A stretch of 49,909 nucleotides of DNA, the filler included, from Actinomycetota bacterium (GTDB lineage Bacteria; Actinomycetota; Actinomycetes; JAKEEW01): assembly GCA_046725875.1 (NCBI GenBank). It is 2 parts of 2 records of this genome, joined end to end, with 100 filler letters (N's around TTAATTAATTAA, not from the genome) between each part and the next. Parts side by side here need not be neighbours in the genome. Positions count along the whole stretch, not along the records: positions 31,606 to 49,909 come from JBKOZJ010000196.1; 1 more part is not named here. One strand, given 5' to 3'. A program made the translations under genes and the position numbers. This document shows positions 39,656 through 49,420 of the stretch, one piece after another (position 1 is the first letter of the stretch; each line of letters starts with the position of its first letter). The notes beneath the pieces were generated by a model. It saw only the letters and a list, made by a program, of their open reading frames with translations. It did no database searches and was not told the DNA's origin.

Positions 39656-40645
39656 TTATCCAGGCAATAGCGGATCCTCCGGCCACAACGACTGGAGCCT
39701 GGCCGTGGTCTCGTCGTCGCACAGCGCCCCGGCGATGCCCGCGTCGAAGGCCCGTTTGGCGGTGGTGCCGAGCCGATCGAGCTGTCCGTACTCCCGGCCG
39801 AGGTCCGTGTCGAACATCGCCGGGTCATCGGTGTTGACCGTGCACGGCACCCCGGCTTCGACCATCCGTGCTAGCGGATGCTCGGCCAGCGAGCGGACCG
39901 CCCCGGTCCGTACATTCGAGGTCGGGCACACGTCGCAGACGATCCCGCGGTCGGCAAGCTCGGCGAGGAGCGCTGGATCGTCGACGGCTCGGATACCGTG
40001 CCTGATGCGGTCGGCGTGCAGTACGTCGAGCGCCTTCCGTACAGACTCTGGCCCGCTCACCTCGCCCGCATGCGGCACCGAGCCCATTCCGCCAGCCCGG
40101 GCGATCTCAAAGCAGCGCGCAAAGGGCTCCGGCGGATACTGGGCTTCCAGCCCGCCGAGGCCCAGCCCGACCACACCGCGATCTCGGTACTTGATCGCGT
40201 ACGGCACGACCGCCTCAACGAGGCCGGGGTCGATGTTGCGAGCGATGTCGGGCGTGAGGCGGACCTCGAGGCCGAACTCTTCTCGAGCCTGTTGTGCGCC
40301 GTCACAGTAGCCGGAGAACAACTCGTCCGGGTCGAGGCCGAGCGACAGGCGTTCGAAGGGCGACACGATTCCCTCGATGTAGACCGCGCCGTGCCCGGCC
40401 GCCTCCCGGGCATAGTCGACAACAACCTGGCGGAAGTCGTCGTAGCTTCGCAGGACGTTCGTGGTGAGGTTCCAGACCTCAATGAAATGCGCAAAGTCCC
40501 GGAACTTGTAGAAGGCCCGCGCGTCGTCAACGTTCGCAAACGGTAGCGTGTCGCCGTTGCGGCGGGCGATCTCGATCAGTGAGTGCGGCCGGACCGTCCC
40601 CTCCAAGTGGACGTGCAGCTCGATCTTCGGTAGGTCGGTCGTCAC
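39656..40645 (-). CDS. add: Adenosine/adenine deaminase
   Basis: PKIELHVHLEG, HAGE, RIRHG, CPTSN, NTDDP. Confidence 0.93.
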   Translation of the reverse strand: MTTDLPKIELHVHLEGTVRPHSLIEIARRNGDTLPFANVDDARAFYKFRDFAHFIEVWNLTTNVLRSYDDFRQVVVDYAREAAGHGAVYIEGIVSPFERLSLGLDPDELFSGYCDGAQQAREEFGLEVRLTPDIARNIDPGLVEAVVPYAIKYRDRGVVGLGLGGLEAQYPPEPFARCFEIARAGGMGSVPHAGEVSGPESVRKALDVLHADRIRHGIRAVDDPALLAELADRGIVCDVCPTSNVRTGAVRSLAEHPLARMVEAGVPCTVNTDDPAMFDTDLGREYGQLDRLGTTAKRAFDAGIAGALCDDETTARLQSLWPEDPLLPG

Positions 40646-40735
40646 GGTCGAAGGCTAGCCGTACGGTGAGGGCGCGGGGCTGCGTGTCCCGCCCACAGGC
40701 TCAACTTGCAAAGACGTGGATGAAAGACTGACTGC

Positions 40736-41674
40736 GTGGATTTGCGAGTCTTCACCGAGCCGCAGCAAGGCGCCTCCTATGACACGCTGCTCACTGTCGC
40801 CCGCGCGGCGGAGGATGGCGGATTCGACGGGTTCTTCCGGTCCGATCACTTCCTCAAGATGGGCGACATATCCGGCCTTCCCGGCCCGACGGATTCATGG
40901 ATCACCTTGGCCGGGCTGGCCCGCGAGACGTCCCGGCTGCGGCTTGGCACCTTGCTCTCCGCCGCGACGTTCCGCTGGCCCGGTGTACTTGCGATCGAGG
41001 TCGCCCAGGTCGACCAGATGTCCGGCGGACGGCTAGAGCTTGGACTGGGGGCGGGCTGGTTCGAAGCCGAGCATCGTGCGTACGGCATCCCATTCCCAAA
41101 CGAACGAGAGCGCCATGAGCGGTTGGTCGAGCAGCTGCAGATTGTGACCGGACTGTGGGAGACACCGGTCGGCGAGACGTTCGCGTTTCATGGCGAGCAC
41201 TACGTCCTAGCGGACTCGCCCGGCTTGCCCAAGCCGCGCCAGCAGCCGCGGCCGCCGATCATCGTCGGCGGCACTGGGCTGGTACGAACTCCAAGCGTCG
41301 CCGCAACCTATGCGGACGAGTTCAACGTTTCCTTCAAGGACGTCCCCGAGACGGCCAAGCGGGTCGATGCCGCGCGCGCCGCCTGCAGAGAGCTCGGCCG
41401 CAACCCCTGGTCGCTGACCTACTCGGTCGCCGCGACCACCTGCTGCGGTCGTGACGAGACAGAGCTACGGCGGCGAGCTGACTCGATCGGCGAGGACATT
41501 GCCGACCTGCGCGCGGGCGGCATCGCCGGAACACCGGCCGAGATCGTCGACCGGCTGGGGGCGTATGCCGAGGCCGGCGTGGGCCGCGCCTACTTGCAGA
41601 TTCTCGATCTCGACGACCTCGATCACATCGAGCTGATCGCCGCCGAGGTCCTGCCGCAGGTCAGCAAGCTCTAA
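40736..41674 (+). CDS. LLM-class F420-dependent oxidoreductase
   Basis: LRVFTEPQQGA, FFRSDH, DQMSGGRLELGLGAGW. Confidence 0.93.
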   Translation: MDLRVFTEPQQGASYDTLLTVARAAEDGGFDGFFRSDHFLKMGDISGLPGPTDSWITLAGLARETSRLRLGTLLSAATFRWPGVLAIEVAQVDQMSGGRLELGLGAGWFEAEHRAYGIPFPNERERHERLVEQLQIVTGLWETPVGETFAFHGEHYVLADSPGLPKPRQQPRPPIIVGGTGLVRTPSVAATYADEFNVSFKDVPETAKRVDAARAACRELGRNPWSLTYSVAATTCCGRDETELRRRADSIGEDIADLRAGGIAGTPAEIVDRLGAYAEAGVGRAYLQILDLDDLDHIELIAAEVLPQVSKL

Positions 41675-41692
41675 CCAGGCCCAGCTACTTCG

Positions 41693-42652
41693 ATGGGAGA
41701 GCTATATCCGGAGATCGAGCCGTGCGAGTCGGGCCTGCTCGACGCGGGCGACTCGAACCTCGTTTACTGGGAGATCTGTGGGAATCCGCAAGGCAAGTCA
41801 GCCGTAGTTCTCCACGGCGGGCCGGGCTCTGGATGCACGCCGACTTGGCGGCGCTACTTCGACCCTGCGGCGTATCGAATTGTGCTGTTCGATCAGCGTG
41901 GCTGTGGCCGGAGCAGGCCGCATGCCAGTGACCCCGCGACCAGTCTCACTTCGAACACGACCTGGCACCTGCTTGCCGACATCGAGCGCATCCGTGTGCA
42001 CCTCGGCATCGACCGGTGGCTCGTGCTCGGCGGCTCGTGGGGGAGCACGCTGGGCTTGGCGTACGCACAGCAGCACCCGGAGCGCGTCTCCGACCTGGTG
42101 CTCTTCAGCGTAACCACGACGACCCGGCGGGAAGTCGACTGGGTGACTCGGGATGTCGGCCGCCTATTCCCGGCAGAGTGGGCTCGGTTTCGCGAGGGTG
42201 TCCCTGCGGCCGACCGGGATGGGAACTTGACCGATGCATACGCGAAGCTCCTCGACAATCCCGATCCTGATGTACGGGATGAGGCGGCGCGGAACTGGTG
42301 CGCATGGGAGGACGTGCATGTGTCCTTCGGCCGGGATCCCGTCCCCAGCCCGCGGTATGCCGATCCCACGTTCCGGATGGCCTTCGCCCGCCTCGTAACC
42401 CACTACTGGCGGCACGCCGCCTGGCTGGAGGACGGCGCGCTGCTGCGGGACGCGACGAGACTTGCCGGGATCCCCGGCGTCCTTGCGCATGGACGCCTCG
42501 ATGGCAGTAGCCCGCTCGATGTCCCCTGGCACCTCGCCGGAGTCTGGACCGATGCAGAGCTAGTCCCAATCGACGACGCCGGTCACGGAATGGTTGCCGG
42601 CATCACCGAAGCGGTCGTCGCCGCCCTCGACCTGAGCAAGGAGAGATCATGA
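41693..42652 (+). CDS. pip: Prolyl aminopeptidase
   Basis: LHGGPGSG, FDQRGCGRS, GGSWGS, GRLD, AGH. Confidence 0.93.
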   Translation: MGELYPEIEPCESGLLDAGDSNLVYWEICGNPQGKSAVVLHGGPGSGCTPTWRRYFDPAAYRIVLFDQRGCGRSRPHASDPATSLTSNTTWHLLADIERIRVHLGIDRWLVLGGSWGSTLGLAYAQQHPERVSDLVLFSVTTTTRREVDWVTRDVGRLFPAEWARFREGVPAADRDGNLTDAYAKLLDNPDPDVRDEAARNWCAWEDVHVSFGRDPVPSPRYADPTFRMAFARLVTHYWRHAAWLEDGALLRDATRLAGIPGVLAHGRLDGSSPLDVPWHLAGVWTDAELVPIDDAGHGMVAGITEAVVAALDLSKERS

Positions 42653-43209
42653 CCACACTCGAGAACCGACCGAACACCGCACTCCTCGTCATCGACGTGC
42701 AGAAGGGGGTGGTAGCGGGGGCGCACGAGCGCGAGGCGGTCGTGGCGAACATAGGAAGCCTTGTCGACCGGGCGCGGCAGGAGGAGGTCCCCGTTGTGTG
42801 GGTCCAACACTCCGACGAGCAGCTTGCGAGCGGGAGCGACGACTGGCGGATCGTCTCCGAGCTGAGTCCGGGCGCCGCTGAGCCACTCGTTGAGAAGAAC
42901 TATGGGGACTCCTTCGAGGGCACCGCGCTCGAGACCGTGCTTTCGGGACTCGGAGTCGGGCGACTGGTCGTCGTCGGCGCACAGACGGACGGATGCGTCC
43001 GTTCGACCCTCCATGGCGCGTTCGTCCGCGGATACGACGCGACACTCGTCAGTGACGCTCACACGACGGAGGACCTGACGGCATGGGGAACGCCCCCGCC
43101 GGACCAGGTGATCGCACACACGAATTTGTACTGGACCGACCAGTCGGCGCCGGGGCGGACGGCGGGGACGGTCGAGACGAAGGATGTCCGCTTCAGCGGT
43201 ACGTCCTGA
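42649..43209 (+). CDS. Isochorismatase-family cysteine hydrolase
   Basis: ALLVIDVQ, EKNYGDSF, GAQTDGCVRST, DAHTT. Confidence 0.93.
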   Translation: MTTLENRPNTALLVIDVQKGVVAGAHEREAVVANIGSLVDRARQEEVPVVWVQHSDEQLASGSDDWRIVSELSPGAAEPLVEKNYGDSFEGTALETVLSGLGVGRLVVVGAQTDGCVRSTLHGAFVRGYDATLVSDAHTTEDLTAWGTPPPDQVIAHTNLYWTDQSAPGRTAGTVETKDVRFSGTS

Positions 43210-43660
43210 GGACAGTGACGCGCGCGGGAGGTCGCTGACATCTGCGCGTCCGGCCATGCCTCGGGCCGGCTTCGCAGCCCTGCGATCTTGCCGCCGGTTG
43301 GCCTAAGCCTTCGGCTTCGACGACCAGACCGGATCCGGCCCGGCGAGCCATTCCGTGTTGGATCGTGATCAGCCGGAGTTCGCCCCGCCCACCGTTGACG
43401 AAGCCATGGGCTTCGCCCGGTGGGCTGACGACGACGTGACCGGCTGGCACGACCAAACGCTCCTCGCCGATCTGAAATGTCGCCCGGCCTGCCTCGACTA
43501 GGAACACTTCGGCGTACGGATGTCGATGGAGCTTTGGCCCGACGCCCGGCCGCGAGTGGACGAGGATGATCGAGAACGGAACGTCGCCGTGGTCAGCGCC
43601 GACGAACTCATGAGAGTGCGGCTCGTGCGGCAATTCGTCCAGGTCGAGGATCCTGGCCAT
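43193..43660 (-). CDS. Cupin-domain protein (natural C-terminus probably lost after about 43360)
   Basis: GPKLHRHPYAEVF..G...PPGEAHGFVN; GGAGG RBS. Confidence 0.78.
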   Translation of the reverse strand: MARILDLDELPHEPHSHEFVGADHGDVPFSIILVHSRPGVGPKLHRHPYAEVFLVEAGRATFQIGEERLVVPAGHVVVSPPGEAHGFVNGGRGELRLITIQHGMARRAGSGLVVEAEGLGQPAARSQGCEAGPRHGRTRRCQRPPARVTVLRTYR

Positions 43661-43769
43661 GGTTACCTCCATTGGACCCCCGACCCTACCCCGCGATCCG
43701 CGACCGGGCATCACCACCGATGTGGACGGGACGAGTCCTTCTGCTGTTCGCGCCGTCGGGTGGTCGCCG

Positions 43770-44164
43770 CTGATGCACGGCACACTTGTCGCGGTCGGCG
43801 CCGGCATCTTCTTCGCGATCAACGCGGTCCTGTTGAGGGTGACGCTCGGCGAGCTGGTGGACCAGGGGTCGAGGCGACCGCCTTGACCTGGGTCGGGCTA
43901 TGCCCGGCCGCGGGCAATGTCGTCGGGTTCTTCCTGGAGCAGGAGGCTTTCTCCGAAGGCCCACTGGCGTCTGCAGTGGCCGCGATGACCATCACCAACC
44001 CGGTCGCTAGCTACCTTCTCGCGGTCTGGCATTCCATGCGGGCTTTCAAGCGCGGGGCCACTGGCTGGTTGACCGGAGCCGCCATTCTGATCGGTGCGGG
44101 AGCTGTCGGGTTGGCATGCTCGACGTTGGTCCATCCCCAGCTTGCCCACGCACCAGCCATGTGA
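43770..44164 (+). pseudogene. DMT-family transporter C-terminal remnant
   Basis: GAGIFFAINAVLL / frameshift / GFFLEQEAF.EGPLASAVAAMTITNPVAS. Confidence 0.6.
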
Positions 44165-44183
44165 TTTTTTGCTGACATGAAGG

Positions 44184-44256
44184 CGCGCCCGGCAGGATTC
44201 GAACCTGCGACCTTCGGATTAGAAGTCCACTGCTCTATCCGCTGAGCTACGGGCGC
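44184..44256 (-). tRNA. tRNA-Arg(UCU)
   Basis: GCGCCCGTAGCTCAGCGGATAGAGC..CTTCTAA..GGTTCGAATCC..CGGGCGCG; CCA not encoded. Confidence 0.93.
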
Positions 44257-44535
44257 TGGCAGGCTGGGTCGGCACCTTGCGGGACAACCCACCGTACAAG
44301 ATTATCGCCGATTGCCCGTATTCCTTGATCGCTTCTGACCAGCTAGCTGGATTGTCGGTCTACCGTCGCTCTGCAGGACGGCGGGTCGGCCGAGATTGTG
44401 GCCGATCTGAGATCAAGGTTTGGTCGGCTGGCCGTCGAGGGGACGGAAGATGCGCTCCAGGAAACGTTCTGCAATCTTGGAGTCGGTTTCTGCGGGCAAG
44501 CCGATAGATGGAGCAGTCCTACTTAGAAGGAATGC

Positions 44536-46338
44536 ATGGTCGGAGTCGCCGTGACGTCCCCCGGTCCGCACGAGAGGCTGCTCGGCGCGCTGGTCGAGTT
44601 GCGTGATCGAGCCGCTCGGGCGCGCCTGCCGCTCGACATCGCCGGCGCCGGCGAGGCACGCAGGGAACTGAAGGCGCTGGTTCATCAGCTCGACGACTAT
44701 CTCCTCCCGCGACTGCGGCAGCTCGATGCGCCGATCCTGGCGGTCGTCGGGGGGTCCACCGGAGCGGGGAAATCGACGCTCGTGAACTCACTCGTCGGTG
44801 CGCAGATCTCCGCCCCTGGCGTGCTGCGGCCGACCACGAGAACGCCGGTACTGGCCTGTAATCCGCAGGAGCAGGCCTGGTTCACCTCGCAACGGATCCT
44901 GCCGACCCTTGCCCGTACAACTGGCGCCCCGGCAGCGTCAACCAGCGGTCGCGCCAGCACCCTCCATGTCGTTCCGGCGGCGAGCCTGCCCGCCGGCCTC
45001 GCGCTCCTCGATGCGCCGGACTTCGACTCGGTCGTCACGGAGAACCGCGAGCTAGCCGTTCAGCTGCTTGCCGCCGCCGACCTCTGGATCTTCATGACCA
45101 CGGCCGCTCGCTACGCCGACGCGGTGCCGTGGGACTTCCTCGCCGATGCACAGGAGCGCAGCGCCGCCCTCGCCGTGGTACTCAACAGAGTGCCGACGGA
45201 CGCGGTGGACGAGGTCACCGGGCACCTCGCGAGCATGCTCTCCCACCATGGTCTGGGCTCGGTGCCGCTCTTCGTCGTTCCCGAATGCCCCCTCGAGGAA
45301 GGCGGGCTGCTGCCGAAAAGCGTGCTCGATCCGATCCGGGTCTGGTTGCAAGGCCTCGCCGCCGACGCGGAGAAGCGGGCGCAGGTGATCCGCCGCACCC
45401 TCGATGGCGCGCTGGACAGCTTCCGGGAGCGGGTGCCCGCCCTTGCCGATACAGCCCAGACGCAGTCCGACGCCCTCGCGCGGTTGCACGGTCAAGTCGA
45501 GGCGGCGTATAAGCGCGCCAAGCGTCAAGTGGACGACGGGGTCAGCGACGGCACCCTGCTCCGCGGTGAAGTGCTAGCGCGCTGGCAGGAGTTCGTTGGA
45601 ACGGGTGAGCTGCTCAAATCGCTCCAAGGAGCGGTCGGCCGGATTCGCGACCGAATTGGAGCGGCGGTGCGCGGGAAGCCGCAACCCTCCGCCGAGCTTC
45701 AGGTCGCGCTCGAAACCGGCGTCGAGGCCCTGATCCGGTCAGCAGCGGAGGACGCCGCCGAGCACACGGTCGAGGCGTGGCGGGGGGACCCGGCGGGCCG
45801 GGCGCTTCTCGCCGACGCCGGGATCGAGGCCGGCCGCGCAGCACCCGACCTCCGCGAGCGCGCCAGAAACGAGGTACGGGCATGGCAGGGCTACGTTCTC
45901 GATCTGGTCCGCAACGTCGGCGCCTCGAAGCGGGCGACGGCGCGGTTTCTGTCGTTCGGCGTCAACGGCGCCGGAGTCCTGGTCATGATCGTTGTCTTTG
46001 CGCAGACCGCCGGTCTTACGGGCGCGGAGGTCGGCGTCGCAGCCGGCACCGGCATACTCAGCCAGAAGATCCTCGAAGCGATCTTCGGTGACCAGGCCGT
46101 ACGCCAGCTCGCCGCGGACGCGCGCCGCAACCTCAACGAGCGGGCAGGCAAGCTGCTGGAGCAGGACGCCCGACGGTTCACAGCCATGCTCGACGAGGCC
46201 CGGGTCGATGCCAGCCTCTCCCCGTGGCTGCGCTCACAGGAGGCAGCGATCGAGGAGGCGCGCAAGGCGGGACGCACCGGCCCTGGCGGCGTCCTGCCGC
46301 CGGCAATCGAGACGTTCCGCCGGAGAGCAGACGCATGA
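44536..46338 (+). CDS. dynA: Bacterial dynamin-like GTPase A
   Basis: G1 GSTGAGKS, G2 RPTT, G3 DAPD, G4 NRV; TTAARYAD; helical stalk with hydrophobic paddle. Confidence 0.85.
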   Translation: MVGVAVTSPGPHERLLGALVELRDRAARARLPLDIAGAGEARRELKALVHQLDDYLLPRLRQLDAPILAVVGGSTGAGKSTLVNSLVGAQISAPGVLRPTTRTPVLACNPQEQAWFTSQRILPTLARTTGAPAASTSGRASTLHVVPAASLPAGLALLDAPDFDSVVTENRELAVQLLAAADLWIFMTTAARYADAVPWDFLADAQERSAALAVVLNRVPTDAVDEVTGHLASMLSHHGLGSVPLFVVPECPLEEGGLLPKSVLDPIRVWLQGLAADAEKRAQVIRRTLDGALDSFRERVPALADTAQTQSDALARLHGQVEAAYKRAKRQVDDGVSDGTLLRGEVLARWQEFVGTGELLKSLQGAVGRIRDRIGAAVRGKPQPSAELQVALETGVEALIRSAAEDAAEHTVEAWRGDPAGRALLADAGIEAGRAAPDLRERARNEVRAWQGYVLDLVRNVGASKRATARFLSFGVNGAGVLVMIVVFAQTAGLTGAEVGVAAGTGILSQKILEAIFGDQAVRQLAADARRNLNERAGKLLEQDARRFTAMLDEARVDASLSPWLRSQEAAIEEARKAGRTGPGGVLPPAIETFRRRADA

Positions 46339-48068
46339 TCGCGTCAGTCACGGTCGCGGACGTGCTCCCGGCGACGGGTTCCGGGCTCGCCCGCCGGCTC
46401 ACCGCCCTCGACCGCGCCCTTAAGCTGTGCCAGGGCCGGCTCGATCCGGCGATCCTCGAGCCCGCGCAGGCCGTCGCGAACCGCGCGGGCGAGCGGCTGC
46501 GACTGTCGGGCGAGCACACCGTCGTCGCGTTGGCCGGGGCGACCGGCTCGGGCAAGTCCTCGCTGTTCAACGCGATCGCGGGCATCAAGCTCTCCCGGAC
46601 CGGCGTTCGCCGGCCGACCACCGGCCACGCACTTGCCTGCGTATGGGGACCGCAGGGCGCACAGCCGTTGCTCGACTGGCTCGGCATTCCCCGCCGACAC
46701 CAGCTCGGCCGGGAATCGGTCCTCGATGCTGGAAGCCAGCGAGACCTCGACGGCCTGATCCTGCTGGACATGCCCGACCATGACTCCACCGAGGTGGAGC
46801 ACCGGGTGGAAGTCGACCGGCTGGTTTCGCTCGTCGACCTGCTTGTCTGGGTGTTCGACCCAGAGAAATACGCAGACGCCGCGGTGCACGAGGGCTACCT
46901 CCGACCGCTGGCCGCGCACGCCCCGGTGACGCTGTGCGTGTTCAATCAGGCGGACCGGCTGGAGCCCGCGGCAGTCGAGCAGTGCCTGGCTGACCTGCGT
47001 GTGCTGCTCGTCAAGGACGGTCTGACCGACGTGCAGATCATCACTACCTCCGCGGTGACCGGCCGCGGGATCGCCGAACTGCGCGAGGCTCTGGTGGTAC
47101 GGGTACGAGAGAAGCGCGCGGCGGGAGACCGCTTGCTGGCAGACGTTGCGAAGGCGGCCGGGGAGCTGGCCGAACACTGCGGCGACGAGCGTACGGGCGA
47201 CGTCGATAAGGCGGCCCAAGTCGCTCTCTCATCAGCGCTTGGCTCGGCCGCAGGGGTACCTGCCGTGGTCGACGCGGTTACGGCGGCGCACAGGTATCGC
47301 GGCGCGCTGGCGACGGGTTGGCCGCTGACCCGGTGGCTGCGACGGCTGCGGCCAGACCCGCTGCGGCGGCTGCACCTCGGCGCGCTGGCCCGCGGCGGCA
47401 AGTCGGCTGCATCCGCCAGCGCCTCGACCGGAGTTCCACCTGTGGAGAGCGAACGTGCAGATGCAGGGATGGTGGCAGCGGCGCCGGTGTCACCGCGCAC
47501 GTCGCTGCCGGCACCGAATGCGATCACGCGATCTCAGGCGCAGAGCGGGTTGCGCGCCGTCGGCGATGCAGCGGCTCGCGGACTTCCCACCGCCTGGGCA
47601 GATGCCGTGCGGAAGGCGGCCCGCAGCGGTGAACCCGTACTTGCCGACGAACTCGACCGTGCGGTAGCAGCCACTGACTTGGGCATGGACCGCCGGCCGC
47701 GTTGGTGGTCGGCCGTCGGAACGCTGCAGTGGCTGTTCGCCGCGGTGTTCGTGGTCGGCTTGATCTGGCTTGGTGTGCTGCTCGGCTTTAGCATTCTGCG
47801 GGTCCCTGAGCCGCCGACGCCGGAGGTGGCGGACTGGCCGGTTCCAACGCTGCTGGTCTTCGCGGGGGCCGCGGCCGGATTGGTGCTGTCGGTCCTGGTA
47901 AAGCCGCTGATTGGGACCGGTGCGCGAAGACGGCGCCGGCGCGCACAGGCGCGGCTGAATGCCGGCATCCGGGATGTCGCCGAACGGCTCGTGATCGCGC
48001 CGGTCTCTGCCGAGCTGGAGCGCTACCGAGAGGCATGCGCACAGATTCAGGTTGCGACCGGCCGCTAG
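46335..48068 (+). CDS. dynB: Bacterial dynamin-like GTPase B with two C-terminal TM segments
   Basis: GATGSGKS, RPTT, DMPDHDS, DPEKYAD, NQAD; ATGA overlap with dynA. Confidence 0.85.
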   Translation: MIASVTVADVLPATGSGLARRLTALDRALKLCQGRLDPAILEPAQAVANRAGERLRLSGEHTVVALAGATGSGKSSLFNAIAGIKLSRTGVRRPTTGHALACVWGPQGAQPLLDWLGIPRRHQLGRESVLDAGSQRDLDGLILLDMPDHDSTEVEHRVEVDRLVSLVDLLVWVFDPEKYADAAVHEGYLRPLAAHAPVTLCVFNQADRLEPAAVEQCLADLRVLLVKDGLTDVQIITTSAVTGRGIAELREALVVRVREKRAAGDRLLADVAKAAGELAEHCGDERTGDVDKAAQVALSSALGSAAGVPAVVDAVTAAHRYRGALATGWPLTRWLRRLRPDPLRRLHLGALARGGKSAASASASTGVPPVESERADAGMVAAAPVSPRTSLPAPNAITRSQAQSGLRAVGDAAARGLPTAWADAVRKAARSGEPVLADELDRAVAATDLGMDRRPRWWSAVGTLQWLFAAVFVVGLIWLGVLLGFSILRVPEPPTPEVADWPVPTLLVFAGAAAGLVLSVLVKPLIGTGARRRRRRAQARLNAGIRDVAERLVIAPVSAELERYREACAQIQVATGR

Positions 48069-48219
48069 CCGTTTCGGCCGCCTTGGCCCACCGACTCGGC
48101 TTCCACAGGGTCCAGATTTCCGGCGACTTATCCCCAAGCCCCGATAGCCATCCTCCGCACGTGCCTCCCTTCCGGCACGGTCGATGCGTTCGACAACGGA
48201 TGCGACCAGGGGAGAACTG

Positions 48220-48915
48220 ATGAACGAAACCATGATCACGATGTCCGGCGTCGTCGTCACCGACCTCAAGAAGGGCGAGGCAAGGGGCATGAGCGTCGTG
48301 AGCTTCCGCCTGCTGTCCACGGTCCGGCGGTGGGAGCGCAGTCGCGGCTGGCATGACGCAGACCATAACTTCGTGACTGTCACTTGTTGGAAGAATCTCG
48401 CCGACAACGTGGCCAGCTCGGTGAAGAAGGGCGACCCGTTGCTCATCTTCGGGCGGATGCGGGTGCGGCCGTGGGACACCGCGGACCGGGTCGGATCCAC
48501 CGTCGAGATCGACGCGTACGCGGTCGGCCATGACATGAACCGTGGCACGTCGGCCTTCCGCAGCAACAAGGAGGTCGAGGCGGGGCGGTCGGAGACCGAC
48601 GAGGGGCTCAAGCAGGTCCACTGGCACGTTGAGGAGCAGAGCCGCGGAGTGGAGCAGGCGGTCTTCGAGGCGCGGCGGAATGGAGCGAACGGCTCGACCG
48701 ACGTGACCGCGGTCGCGCTGGGCATAAATGGTGTCGACGCGCCAGGCAAGGAGGACGACGCGGCGGACATCGCGTCGGCCGCGGGCACTGAGCGGGGGGA
48801 TCGTGACGACGGGTCCGGCGTCGGGGAGGCGGCGCGTGTCTCTTCGACTGCCCGAGGAAACGGCGCCGGTGCAGACGACGACGCCCGGATCTCGGCCGGG
48901 TCGAGCGCGGCTTGA
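48220..48915 (+). CDS. ssbB: Single-stranded DNA-binding protein paralog
   Basis: OB-fold MNETMIT..G..FRL..RRW..W.D...FVTVTCW..LA.NVASS..KGDP..EIDA.AVGHD; follows dynAB. Confidence 0.88.
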   Translation: MNETMITMSGVVVTDLKKGEARGMSVVSFRLLSTVRRWERSRGWHDADHNFVTVTCWKNLADNVASSVKKGDPLLIFGRMRVRPWDTADRVGSTVEIDAYAVGHDMNRGTSAFRSNKEVEAGRSETDEGLKQVHWHVEEQSRGVEQAVFEARRNGANGSTDVTAVALGINGVDAPGKEDDAADIASAAGTERGDRDDGSGVGEAARVSSTARGNGAGADDDARISAGSSAA

Positions 48916-49420
48916 AGGTTCACCTGCGGATCGCGGCCGATCTCCGGCCGCGATCCGCGCAATGTCGCGTCACGAAGCACTGGCAGGCGCAGGCGTCCGA
49001 ACACCGGACTTGCCGCCGATCTTGCTGAGGAGGGGCTCAGCGGCTCGCGCGACACCTCTTGCTCAGTCGGCGCTGCCCGCCGCCAGCGCCGGCCCTGGCC
49101 GCCGATGACCGGCGCTCATGTGCAGTCCACACGAACCGGGGGCTATCAGTTCCATCCGCAGTGGGGAATCCTGCTCGACCAACTCTGGGTTGCGCACTAG
49201 CGCTCTTCGGCAGATCGCGAACAAGCCTCATGCGCGACTACTCTCCGCCGACCGCCTCCTTGCCAAGCAGGCTTTGGCTACGGCTCGGCACTCAGCTCGT
49301 CCTATCGGCCAGAGCACACTCGACGTGCTCGACTCACCCGCTTCCTGAGCAGCGCTGAATGATCGGATCACCGCCAACACCCGCACTTCCTCCGGGCTCA
49401 CGGGTCGCAATCCGAGAGTC

